From Candidatus Latescibacterota bacterium (GTDB lineage Bacteria > Latescibacterota > UBA2968): DNA of 64,000 nt. The translations under genes were made by a program, and so were the position numbers. Of this stretch, positions 1-9,272 are shown one piece after another. The stretch is taken from NCBI GenBank assembly GCA_965208125.1, contig OZ242320.1:3808001-3872000 (forward strand), read 5' to 3'. The stretch's first letter is position 1. Every line of letters begins with the position of its first letter. Under the pieces are notes generated by a model. The model ran no database searches. It saw only the letters and a list, made by a program, of their open reading frames with translations, and was not told where the DNA came from.

Positions 1-8
1 TTCCAGAG

Positions 9-902
9 ATGATGAATAACCGCTGCGAACTGCACATTTTGGCGCAAGGCGATGTTTCAGATGATAAATTCGCGTCTGCACAAGGGCTGCTCACTTATGG
101 ACACCCGATTATCGGCGGTGATTTTATGGATCGCATGCCCAATTTGAAAGTTATCAGCAATTTTGGTGTTGGTGTAGATCACATTGATCTCTCAGCAGCC
201 AAGCAGCGCGGGATTCCAGTGGGCAATACACCCAATATGCTCGATGGCGCGACAGCCGATATGACTTTTGCAATGCTCATGGCAGCCGCCCGCAATATCG
301 TTATTGGCGACCGTTTTGCCCGCAGTGCGGCGTTTACGCATTACGATCCACGCATTTTGATCGGACATGAAATCCACGGTACAACACTGGGTATTATTGG
401 TATGGGCAATATCGGCAGGCAGGTCGCGCGACGGGCGCGGGGATTTGACATGAATGTGCTGTATCACAACCGAAAACCCGATCCCAAAGCCGAGGTCGAG
501 TTGGGCGCGACTTATGTATCCCTCAACGATCTGCTCGAACAATCGGATTTTGTCACTTTGAATGTGCCGCTGACTGAGGAAACGCGAAATATGATTGGTC
601 GAGATCAGCTCAGGCGAATGAAAAAAACTGCCATACTGGTCAATTTGGCGCGCGGGGGTGTTATCGATCACGATGCGCTCGTAGAAGCTCTTGATAATAA
701 TTGGATCGCAGTTGCCGCGCTCGATGTGACCGAACCCGAACCCCTTCCACGTGATCATCCCCTCCTGTCCATGGACAATGTGGTTATAGTTCCCCACTTG
801 GGTAGTGCCACACGCCAGACGCGCATAGCAATGGCACAGCGCACAGTAGATAATCTTATAGCTGGACTCACGGATCAGCCATTGATCACTTATGTAGTGT
901 AA
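9..902 (+). CDS. D-isomer-specific 2-hydroxyacid dehydrogenase (glyoxylate/hydroxypyruvate reductase, GhrB/GyaR-like); probably 5'-truncated by the window edge
   Basis: GVGVDHID, Rossmann GIIGMGNIG, LVNLARGGVID, LDVTEPEP and catalytic PHLGSAT motifs; the frame is open to the window start. Confidence 0.9.
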   Translation: MMNNRCELHILAQGDVSDDKFASAQGLLTYGHPIIGGDFMDRMPNLKVISNFGVGVDHIDLSAAKQRGIPVGNTPNMLDGATADMTFAMLMAAARNIVIGDRFARSAAFTHYDPRILIGHEIHGTTLGIIGMGNIGRQVARRARGFDMNVLYHNRKPDPKAEVELGATYVSLNDLLEQSDFVTLNVPLTEETRNMIGRDQLRRMKKTAILVNLARGGVIDHDALVEALDNNWIAVAALDVTEPEPLPRDHPLLSMDNVVIVPHLGSATRQTRIAMAQRTVDNLIAGLTDQPLITYVV

Positions 903-910
903 GATAGATG

Positions 911-2260
911 CTAAGCGCATGCAATACCCATTTTGTCGCATCTCCTTCTCAGTCGTTTGAGTTGATCTGAGGATCTGTGATCTCCCGCGAGATTGAAGGA
1001 TTCGCGAGGGTCCTTGCGGAGATCGTAAAGTTCCTCATAGACGGGCTGTTGTTCGTAGTAGCGAATGTATTTCCAGCGTTTTGTGCGTATCCCTTCGCTC
1101 TTGGGGATGTTGGCGCGGTGGAACCGGTGTTCGCAGAAGAACGCTTTTCGCCAGTCAACTTTCTCGTCGCGCAACAATGGGACAAGGGATTTGCCCTGCA
1201 TTTTGTCCGAAGCGTTTAGACCTGCCAGTTCGAGGATGGTTGGCGAGATATCGATGTTTAGCGCTAATTCTTCGCGGATGAGACCCCGGTTGTTCTCGGC
1301 ATCCCTCGGATCGAAGACAATAAGGGGAATGCGGATCGATTGTTCGTTTAATTGCCAGCAGTCGCTGAGTCCGCGGTCTCCATAGTACATCCCGTGATCA
1401 GATGCGAAGATTACGACTGTGTTGTTGGATAATGACAGTTGATCCATGGTCCCGAGAATCCTGCCTATGTTCCGATCGACACCGCTCACCATTCGGTACA
1501 GTCCTCGCATGTTTCTCTGGTAGTCCTCAGATGTCGCATAGCGTTTTTGCCATCGCACGCGACTTTCCGTTTCGCGCAAAAATTTCGGCAATTGCCAGAA
1601 GAAGTCGGGATGGGCGTTTAATGGTTCCGGTATCTGCGTCTCTGTGTAGAGGTGATCTTCAGTAGCGGGCCAGATGTAGTAGCGCGGATCATTGTCCTGT
1701 GCGTGCGGCGCGTTGAAACTGACGGAGAGACAAAATGGCTGGCTGGGGTGAACTGATTGATGTGTGCGCAGAAAGTCGATCGTTTTGTCCCCAGTGATGT
1801 CGGTCAGGTGGCGCACACTGCCGTCAGACTGTCTGATTTCATACCCTTCTTCGGTCCAGTGTTCGTAGTTGTCGAATACGTCAAACATTTTTCCCACTGC
1901 ATCCTCGTCCTGTAGAGAAGGGGCGATTCCGTTGGTGGCAATGCCGAATTTGCCGATTAGCCCCGTGCGATAACCCGCCATTTTGAGGACCGATGGGTAG
2001 GAGATGTCGGTGTATGTGCTTTGGAGGGGTGGTGTGAGGAAAGTGAATCGGTGGCGTCTTTCATAGACGCCAGTGAGATAGCTGGCCCGGCTTGCAGCGC
2101 AGATCGGACTTGTGCAGAATGCGTTTTCGAACCGCACACCGTTTGCGGCAAGCTGATCGATGTTCGGGGTTTTGATGATTGGATTGCCAGCGCAACCGAG
2201 CAGGTCATTGCGCTGGTTGTCGGTCAGGAGGAAGAGGATGTTCGGAGCAGGTGCTTTCAC
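911..2260 (-). CDS. Formylglycine-dependent (S1) sulfatase
   Basis: PNILFLLTD N-terminus, C-x-A-x-R motif CAASRASYLTG, GKF, SDHG, NIDISPT, ELYDLRKDPRE. Confidence 0.92.
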   Translation of the reverse strand: MKAPAPNILFLLTDNQRNDLLGCAGNPIIKTPNIDQLAANGVRFENAFCTSPICAASRASYLTGVYERRHRFTFLTPPLQSTYTDISYPSVLKMAGYRTGLIGKFGIATNGIAPSLQDEDAVGKMFDVFDNYEHWTEEGYEIRQSDGSVRHLTDITGDKTIDFLRTHQSVHPSQPFCLSVSFNAPHAQDNDPRYYIWPATEDHLYTETQIPEPLNAHPDFFWQLPKFLRETESRVRWQKRYATSEDYQRNMRGLYRMVSGVDRNIGRILGTMDQLSLSNNTVVIFASDHGMYYGDRGLSDCWQLNEQSIRIPLIVFDPRDAENNRGLIREELALNIDISPTILELAGLNASDKMQGKSLVPLLRDEKVDWRKAFFCEHRFHRANIPKSEGIRTKRWKYIRYYEQQPVYEELYDLRKDPRESFNLAGDHRSSDQLKRLRRRCDKMGIACA

Positions 2261-2263
2261 ATC

Positions 2264-3328
2264 TCACCTAATTACAATGTGCTGACCCGTGTCATTTGAC
2301 CTGTATGCCGCTTCAATGATTCTGGCAACTTTTAAGGCATCTTCTCCAGAGGTCGGAGCCGTACTTTTGCCCGCAGTAGATCGAATAAAGTCATCCAAAA
2401 AAGCGATTCCATAAGCACCGCCATAAGCATCGATTTCGGGTAGCGTGTAATCAAAGGTTCGCTGAGATGCCGTGTGCCAGCCTTCTGCAACGCTTTCGAG
2501 ATACAATTCTGAGGGACCGCCCGAGGGCGTCCAGAACACGCGGCCCTCGTGACCGCGAAATCCCATATACGTGTCGTAATTCGGTCCCATATAACCCGCG
2601 CCACTTATTGATAGTTGATATCCTGCCTGCAGGCTGCCCAGTGCGCCATTGGAAAACCGGAAGGATAGAGACGCTACATCTTCAACATCAATGTCTTCGC
2701 CGCTGAGTGTATCGACAACTGCAGAAACGGAGACGATGTCTGAGTCCATTACATAGCACAACAGGTCGATATAATGACATCCCAGCCACGACAAAATACC
2801 GCCGCCGGAAATCGACCGATCAAATAGCCAGTGTTTGGGGTTGCGAAATTTTACCTGCGATGTGACCATCCGGGACTCACAAGATGTCACCTGACCTATT
2901 GCACCGCCCTGGATGACTCTTCGCGCTTCACAAGTGACGGGGTGATAGCGATTCTGATACATGACCCCCAATTGTACGCCCGCTTTTGCGGCGCCATCTA
3001 CGACCCGAGAAACAGCGACAACCGAAGCCCCGATGGGTTTTTCACTGATGACGTGAATGCCCTGCTCGAACAAGCGCAGGCAAAGGTCTGGGTTCTGGTC
3101 GTTTTGGGCACAGGCCACACCAAAGACTGTATTTTCAGAGCCTAAAAGTACACTGAGATCGGAATATGCACCCGCGACTTTATCTGTTGAATTAAAGCTG
3201 TTCAGCGCCGAGGGATCGGCGTCGTACAGAATGATCTCATCTACCAGTGTAGAAGCCTGCAGGGTTTTGAAATGGGCTTCTGAATGGGGATGTGTCAGGC
3301 CAAATAAGCCAGCGCGAATGGGTTTCAT
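2264..3328 (-). CDS. Gfo/Idh/MocA family NAD(P)-dependent oxidoreductase
   Basis: HVISEKPI, SGGGILSWLGCHYIDLL, C-terminal GEDALKVARIIEAAYRS. Confidence 0.9.
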   Translation of the reverse strand: MKPIRAGLFGLTHPHSEAHFKTLQASTLVDEIILYDADPSALNSFNSTDKVAGAYSDLSVLLGSENTVFGVACAQNDQNPDLCLRLFEQGIHVISEKPIGASVVAVSRVVDGAAKAGVQLGVMYQNRYHPVTCEARRVIQGGAIGQVTSCESRMVTSQVKFRNPKHWLFDRSISGGGILSWLGCHYIDLLCYVMDSDIVSVSAVVDTLSGEDIDVEDVASLSFRFSNGALGSLQAGYQLSISGAGYMGPNYDTYMGFRGHEGRVFWTPSGGPSELYLESVAEGWHTASQRTFDYTLPEIDAYGGAYGIAFLDDFIRSTAGKSTAPTSGEDALKVARIIEAAYRSNDTGQHIVIR

Positions 3329-3349
3329 CAGGTTGTCCTCAGGATAGGT

Positions 3350-4159
3350 TTATAAATACGGCAGTACTTCGCGCTTGAGCGCGTTGAGATATGTCCATTC
3401 TTCGCCGGGATCCTGGAAGATCAATGTGTAATATCCCGAGAAATTGGCTTTGCGCGTCAAGTCCAAACAGGTTAGGAAACGATCTCGCAACATGATCCCA
3501 TCTTCGTAATCCGCTTTGGTGTGAATCGTATCTGCAAATGGCAAAACTTTTGCGAGGTCGCTCAGCTTGTGTTCTCCTTTGAAGTTGCCTAAATCGGTAC
3601 ACAATCCGATTTTTCCATCACATCTGTTCAAAATATCCAGTAGGGGAGCGGCACGCTGGGTCAATCGCTTGAAATTCTCGGTCATGACACGCACGCCACA
3701 ACCGCGTGCATAGTCCGACAATTGTAGCAGATTTTGCGCGCTGAGTGCTATGGATTCCGCGTCTGGCTCTGCTTCGCCAGCGATTACGCGCACATTATCC
3801 GCGCCACAGGTGGATGCGATGTCGATCCATCTCCGAATTTCTGCCAGGTCCTTTTCTCTTTGTTCGGGATCGGGATGCGTAATATCCCAGGCGTCGATCA
3901 AGATGCTGTAAAGCGATATGCCGTGTCTGTCCAGTTCCGCGCGCAGGTCTGCTATAAATGCATCATCTGTTGTGGGAAAATGAAAATGGCAGATTTCCAA
4001 ATGTTTGATGCCATGCGATGCCACTTCGCGGGGAACATCGAGTAGCTGTATGCGTCCCTCATCACCATTTCGGTTCACAAATCCATCGGGTGTGCGATCG
4101 TACCACGCCTTTCCCAAAGCGCGGTGTAAACTCCAGGTGGAAATAGATAGTTCTGGCAT
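3350..4159 (-). CDS. Sugar phosphate isomerase/epimerase (xylose-isomerase-like TIM barrel, AP_endonuc_2)
   Basis: STWSLH start, RVIAG, TEN, DLGNF, IHTK pattern typical of the family. Confidence 0.8.
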   Translation of the reverse strand: MPELSISTWSLHRALGKAWYDRTPDGFVNRNGDEGRIQLLDVPREVASHGIKHLEICHFHFPTTDDAFIADLRAELDRHGISLYSILIDAWDITHPDPEQREKDLAEIRRWIDIASTCGADNVRVIAGEAEPDAESIALSAQNLLQLSDYARGCGVRVMTENFKRLTQRAAPLLDILNRCDGKIGLCTDLGNFKGEHKLSDLAKVLPFADTIHTKADYEDGIMLRDRFLTCLDLTRKANFSGYYTLIFQDPGEEWTYLNALKREVLPYL

Positions 4160-4206
4160 ATTACAACCTCCAGTGATCAGTCGAGAAGAAGACTATTTCT
4201 CACAGT

Positions 4207-5265
4207 TTACGTTTTGCAGCCCACTTTTTCAGATAGCTGACAGATCGCCTGAGCAGCTTCGTCAACATCGGATTTGGAAATGCCGATGTGTGGGATCAAT
4301 CTTATCAGGTGCGTGCCAATAACGCTTACGCGTATGCCGTATTCGGCGAGCAATCGGTCGCCAAAATCGCGAGCGGAAATGCCCAGTTGAGCTACGTCAA
4401 AGCGCACCATATTGGTTTCTACACCTTCGATATCAATTCCAATTCCGGGTGTTTTTGCAATACCTTTTGCCAGGCGTTTTGCATTGGCGTGATCTTCTGC
4501 CATTCGTTCGACGTTGTGTTTCAGCGCGTAGATACCAGCGGCGGCAATGATGCCGGCCTGCCGCATGGCGCCTCCGATGCGCTGTTTCCACTGCCAGGCG
4601 TTTAGAATAAACTCTGAAGGGCCCGCCAGTACAGCCCCCACAGGCGCGCCCAGGCCCTTGCTCAGATCGATCCACAGAGTGTCAAAAGACTCGGCGTACT
4701 CTTTTGGTGCAATGCCAGTTGCAACGGTTGCATTCAGGAGCCGCGCACCGTCCATGTGCGTTAAAGCACCTTTTTCGTGCGCCATATCGCACACTGCGCG
4801 TATCTGTTCGAGGGGCCATATACGGCCCCCTGGCATATTTGTGGTCTGTTCGGCACAGACGAGGCGGAAGGGCGGTCTATATCGCGTTGACGGCACCATA
4901 ACCTCTTCCATTTGGTCGGGTGTAAACATGCCATTTTTCCCGTCGATGGGATACAGTGTTGCGCGAGCGAGCACTGCTGCACCGCCTGCTTCCGATATGA
5001 GCGGGTGTGCAGTGCGATCTACTAAAATGAGATCTCCTGCGCGGCAGTGAACCGCATAAGAAATTTGGTTGCACATGGTTCCCGATGGCAAAAAAAGAGC
5101 CGCCTCTTTGCCCAGCATCTCGGCGACCATATCCTGTAGGGCGTTCACCGACGGGTCCTCGCCCTTTTGCTCATCACCCACTTCTGCCCGACACATAAAC
5201 TCGCGCATCGCTTGTGTTGGCACGGTGGATGTATCGCTGTAAAGATCAATTTTAATGTCAGTCAT
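4207..5265 (-). CDS. ltaE: Low-specificity L-threonine aldolase (PLP-dependent)
   Basis: DLYSDT, GEDPSVNALQ, LFLPSGTMCN, HMDGARLLNA, PLP lysine LSKGLGAPVG, GGAMRQAG. Confidence 0.9.
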   Translation of the reverse strand: MTDIKIDLYSDTSTVPTQAMREFMCRAEVGDEQKGEDPSVNALQDMVAEMLGKEAALFLPSGTMCNQISYAVHCRAGDLILVDRTAHPLISEAGGAAVLARATLYPIDGKNGMFTPDQMEEVMVPSTRYRPPFRLVCAEQTTNMPGGRIWPLEQIRAVCDMAHEKGALTHMDGARLLNATVATGIAPKEYAESFDTLWIDLSKGLGAPVGAVLAGPSEFILNAWQWKQRIGGAMRQAGIIAAAGIYALKHNVERMAEDHANAKRLAKGIAKTPGIGIDIEGVETNMVRFDVAQLGISARDFGDRLLAEYGIRVSVIGTHLIRLIPHIGISKSDVDEAAQAICQLSEKVGCKT

Positions 5266-6225
5266 TTATCTGCTTTCTCCTGGGCCAGATTTGAAAAGAT
5301 TCAGAAACCGATCTTCGTAAAATGGATAGAGGTTCCAACGGTCCAGTTCTGCTTTGAGTTCATTGGCTTTTTTGTGAAACTGATCTGTTTTTTTCACTTC
5401 GCGGAACATCTTTTCAATGCGTTTCATAACGGACTGCGGCACTTTATCCTCTTCGATCTTTCCGCCTGGAAATTCGTTTTCTGGAATATCGTCCATGTGG
5501 GAAAATGTTTTTTGGATCTGCATCTCAATATCTTCCATTGTGCCTTTCATCTTTTCGGCTGCATCGTCAATTTCCGACATATCGATTGAAAAGTTTAACA
5601 GATCTGCCAAAATCAACACAATTTCTTTTGAAGCTTTGGGATTTGGAATGGGAGCAGCATATTGCGGCATGGTTCCCAAAAAACAGGCCGCATTGAGTTC
5701 GCGTTTTTTGGCAAAGCCCAACAACAGGCCATTAAGTCCCGAAACCATCCCTTCTTTTAATATCTCTACTCCGTGAGATGATAGCAAATCTCGAAATTCA
5801 GAGTTGTTCGCCACTCCCAGCACATGTGCGTCTTCTTTGTGGCTGGCCTGCGTGAGATAGGCCGCGCCTGTGAGAACCGTATCGATGCCCACCCGCTGCC
5901 CCACATCCAGGACTTTGTCCAGCAATTCATCGCCGGGTGCTCCGCCTATTTGCGCCTCGCTTTGAAAAATAATCAAATCGTGTTCTTCCACTGCATAAAA
6001 TATATGGACAGGTGGATCGGGAAAGGCCGCGATCCCGTCTTCTACAATCATGGCTTCGGGCGGGAAGTGAGATCGCATGTCTATTTCTGCAAATGCGACA
6101 GCATTGAGTTTGCGCCGGATATAGTCAATGGCACCAATGCCAACGCTGCCCATACCAGGCCACCCTGCAAGCAATACTGATGCCCGAAAAGAACGGGGCA
6201 ATTCTTTCAATACGTTTAGTTTCAT
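5266..6225 (-). CDS. PAC2 family protein (proteasome assembly chaperone-like)
   Basis: LLAGWPGMGSVG N-terminal motif, SEAQ, SGLNGLLLG, PNPKAS, and C-terminal ELDRWNLYPFYEDRFL helix; start moved to ATG 6225 with an AAAGG RBS. Confidence 0.8.
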   Translation of the reverse strand: MKLNVLKELPRSFRASVLLAGWPGMGSVGIGAIDYIRRKLNAVAFAEIDMRSHFPPEAMIVEDGIAAFPDPPVHIFYAVEEHDLIIFQSEAQIGGAPGDELLDKVLDVGQRVGIDTVLTGAAYLTQASHKEDAHVLGVANNSEFRDLLSSHGVEILKEGMVSGLNGLLLGFAKKRELNAACFLGTMPQYAAPIPNPKASKEIVLILADLLNFSIDMSEIDDAAEKMKGTMEDIEMQIQKTFSHMDDIPENEFPGGKIEEDKVPQSVMKRIEKMFREVKKTDQFHKKANELKAELDRWNLYPFYEDRFLNLFKSGPGESR

Positions 6226-6296
6226 TTTATGACCTTTCCACAAGGGACAAAGCGTTTTAGAAATAATATCAAATTATAGGCACAAACACAACTATA

Positions 6297-7388
6297 TCAA
6301 TGCCCAGAATGCCATTTCTCGAGCGGATGAGAACGATCGGGGTTTGGAAAAGTAACGCGTTGTCCAGAAATTTGAGATGCGTACGCTCCGTGAATCATTT
6401 CCAGTGCCCAACGCGCATCTCGATCACTGGAAATGGGTGCGCGATCGCGTTCTATGGCGTCAATCAGGTCGATAATGGCGCGATAATTTCCCGTTTCCTG
6501 CAAGTGATCTCCCGCAAGATCGAGCGTCTGCCATGCCTGACCACCTGTCCAGGGTGACCACAGGCCATCTTCGTAAATGGCAATCGCTTCTGCGCCTCCG
6601 CTTATGGCTATCCGTCCAGATTCTCCGACCAGCACCAACCCGTAGCCCTGTCCTTTTCCCGCCTGGTTGGCCCGCGAGACAAACGAGCCATCCACGCCAT
6701 CAGAAAAAGAAAACAGGCTGACCACACCATCGCCCGCAATTGCGCCAATCGGTTCAGTGGCTTCCCGCACATCTCCGGGCGCGATTTCGCGGTCACCAAC
6801 TGTCACGCGCGCTGTCATCCAAAGGGGATCGCCACTAAAAAAGCGCATCATGTTGAAGAGATGTGTTCCCAATACCAGCATGTCTTCTCCGCCTCCCCGA
6901 TGGTCTTGTTTGCCATACGCATGCATGGATAGGAGTTTCCCAATTCGATTTTCTCGTATTAGATCGCGCACTTGATGTACTTGTCTGAGGTAAACTCCCT
7001 GATGCGCTACAGCAACTTTGCGGTTGTTCTGTTCGGCAGCAGCCACAATGCGGTCTGCGGACGCGAGGTCACCTGCAAGCGGTTTTTCTGCATAGACATG
7101 GCAGCCGGCTTCGATACACGCTACGATCATTTCTTCGTGACAATCGACCCACCGGGGGCATACGCTAACGATATCGAGGTTTTCTTTCGCCAGCATGTCG
7201 CGATAGTCCTCATACCCTCGCTGGGCTCCGGCATCTGCAATAGCCTTTTCTCGTCCGGCTGCGTCTGGATCGGACACAGCGATCATATCCACGCAGTCGA
7301 TTTTTTGATAGGGCACATGCAGGCCATGGCCAAAATTGCCCTGTCCGGTTCGACCGATAGCACCGGCGCGATAGCGTTTTGCTGCCAT
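6297..7388 (-). CDS. Gfo/Idh/MocA family oxidoreductase
   Basis: GRTGQGNFGHGLH, HVYAEKPLA, GGEDMLVLGTH; start ATG 7388 preceded by GAGGAG. Confidence 0.9.
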   Translation of the reverse strand: MAAKRYRAGAIGRTGQGNFGHGLHVPYQKIDCVDMIAVSDPDAAGREKAIADAGAQRGYEDYRDMLAKENLDIVSVCPRWVDCHEEMIVACIEAGCHVYAEKPLAGDLASADRIVAAAEQNNRKVAVAHQGVYLRQVHQVRDLIRENRIGKLLSMHAYGKQDHRGGGEDMLVLGTHLFNMMRFFSGDPLWMTARVTVGDREIAPGDVREATEPIGAIAGDGVVSLFSFSDGVDGSFVSRANQAGKGQGYGLVLVGESGRIAISGGAEAIAIYEDGLWSPWTGGQAWQTLDLAGDHLQETGNYRAIIDLIDAIERDRAPISSDRDARWALEMIHGAYASQISGQRVTFPNPDRSHPLEKWHSGH

Positions 7389-7399
7389 TGTGACTCCTC

Positions 7400-8440
7400 T
7401 TAAGGTAAAAATACAACGCCCAATGCCGCGTTGGGATTCCGAATGAGTTCTTCGCATGCTTCGGGTGCGTCATCCAGTGCAACCCGATGTGTGATGAGAG
7501 GGGATACTTTTAAGTGTCCGGTATCCATGAAGCGCAAGCATTCCTCCAGGTTTCGCCTCGTTGTCCATTGCATAAAAACGGGTGGATAGTCTGCGCCGTG
7601 TTCCCATTCCTCGTCGTGATAGCCCGGTCCTGTGCGCGCGGCACTGCGGACATCCAGATTGCCCAGCGCGGCTGCAAAGCCGTGTTCTATCCGGGCACCG
7701 CCCACAATGACAATGCGCCCCATCAGGTGTGTGTCGGGTGCTTTTTTGATCATTTTGCTAAGTGTGATAAAGGCCGGCGTACCATCGCCACCAAAGGCAA
7801 TTACACCGCCATCGATACCATAACCTCGCGTAAAAGTCTGCGATACTTCAACCGGATCTTCCTCTGTGATATTGACCCCTCGCAGCAAGCCGCAGGTCGC
7901 GGCTTGTTTTAGACGCATGGGCAATTGGTCCAGGCCCATTACATAACATCCCGAAATGCGTGCCCACTGACAGGTAAATTGTCCCACAAGTCCGAGGCCC
8001 GCCACGGCAATGTGTTCGCTGAGTTGAAATGCACCGCGCCGCACGGCATTTAAGGCAGTTGCGACGAGATGAATAGACGAGGCGTCTTCATCGCTGACGC
8101 CATCGGGAATGGGTACTGCCATATTTCGTGGCACACAGGCATGGGTCGCATGTTGGGCATATCCGCCCCCCATACAGGCCACGCGCGTTCCAAGCGGTAT
8201 GTCTTCACACCCCTCGCCTTGCGCCACGACCACGCCGGCATTGGAGTAGCCAAACGGGCGAGGTGCGGCATCCGACGGGTTTTCTCGCCGCCTTTTCACT
8301 CCGCCCAATTCTGTGCCGGGGCTGACCATGCTCGCCGAGACTTCTATTTGAACCTGGCCTGGCTTTGGGGCTGCAACAGGTTCCTCGATGACCGAAATTC
8401 CGCCTTGACCGTCAATTGCCGCTACTTTTCGTATTGCCAT
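7400..8440 (-). CDS. MDR-superfamily (zinc-binding dehydrogenase-like) oxidoreductase
   Basis: SPGTE, GYSNAGVV, Rossmann GLGLVGQ, LITHR; canonical Cys/GHE zinc ligands absent. Confidence 0.85.
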   Translation of the reverse strand: MAIRKVAAIDGQGGISVIEEPVAAPKPGQVQIEVSASMVSPGTELGGVKRRRENPSDAAPRPFGYSNAGVVVAQGEGCEDIPLGTRVACMGGGYAQHATHACVPRNMAVPIPDGVSDEDASSIHLVATALNAVRRGAFQLSEHIAVAGLGLVGQFTCQWARISGCYVMGLDQLPMRLKQAATCGLLRGVNITEEDPVEVSQTFTRGYGIDGGVIAFGGDGTPAFITLSKMIKKAPDTHLMGRIVIVGGARIEHGFAAALGNLDVRSAARTGPGYHDEEWEHGADYPPVFMQWTTRRNLEECLRFMDTGHLKVSPLITHRVALDDAPEACEELIRNPNAALGVVFLP

Positions 8441-8449
8441 AAAGTGTCC

Positions 8450-9241
8450 TTACATTGCCACAATTTGTTTCATGCGTTTTGCCATCTCAATTTGCACGTC
8501 TCGATCGCCACCTACTTCGTGGATGACATATCGGTCATAGCCAATATCTCGCAATCCTTTCATGACTTCTGCCCAATCCGTATCGCCATCCATCAGGGGT
8601 ACAAAATTGCGTTGTTGCCGAACAAAGTCCTTAAAATGCACCCTTTTAATGCGGTGTTGTAGCCCTCGAATCCAGTGCTCTGGATATCCGTAAAACATCA
8701 TATTGGCTGTGTCGAGATAAATTCCGACCCAATCGTTGCCCACGGCATCGACAAACTCGCGCGCTTCTTTCGGGTTGAGCAAGAACTTATTCCATACATT
8801 CTCTATGCCGACCGCAACGCCTTTTTCCTCGGCATAAGGCGCGATCTCTTTCATCGAGACCAGGAAATCATCCCATGCGTCTTCATAGGTGCCGTCAACC
8901 GGGAGTTGGCCCGGATGGAGTAAGACCGCGTCGGTTTCGACCAGATGCGCCACGTCAATGGCGCGGCGCAAGCTCTTCATGCCGGCTTCGCGCTCTGCCG
9001 GATCGCGGCTGAGAAAATTGCCCCGATTATCATATCTGGCAAGCGCACTGCTGATTTCAATGCCCGCATCCTCACACCGCGTTTTGACACCGCGGACCTC
9101 GTCGTCACTCATATCTACATTTGGATCACCTTCTGGTGAAAATACCAGTTCGAGTGCTTCGTAACCCGCATCACGGCACAATTGCAATGTTTCATCCAGT
9201 GTCAGCTTTCCCAGGATAATTTGTGTCACCCCTATTTTCAT
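8450..9241 (-). CDS. Sugar phosphate isomerase/epimerase (hexulose/pentulose 3-epimerase-like TIM barrel)
   Basis: GIENVWNKFL, YLDTANM, VHFKDF, HEV metal-ligand pattern; GGAG RBS before ATG 9241. Confidence 0.88.
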   Translation of the reverse strand: MKIGVTQIILGKLTLDETLQLCRDAGYEALELVFSPEGDPNVDMSDDEVRGVKTRCEDAGIEISSALARYDNRGNFLSRDPAEREAGMKSLRRAIDVAHLVETDAVLLHPGQLPVDGTYEDAWDDFLVSMKEIAPYAEEKGVAVGIENVWNKFLLNPKEAREFVDAVGNDWVGIYLDTANMMFYGYPEHWIRGLQHRIKRVHFKDFVRQQRNFVPLMDGDTDWAEVMKGLRDIGYDRYVIHEVGGDRDVQIEMAKRMKQIVAM

Positions 9242-9272
9242 CGTCAATCTCCATCAGGTTGGATTTGTGTAC

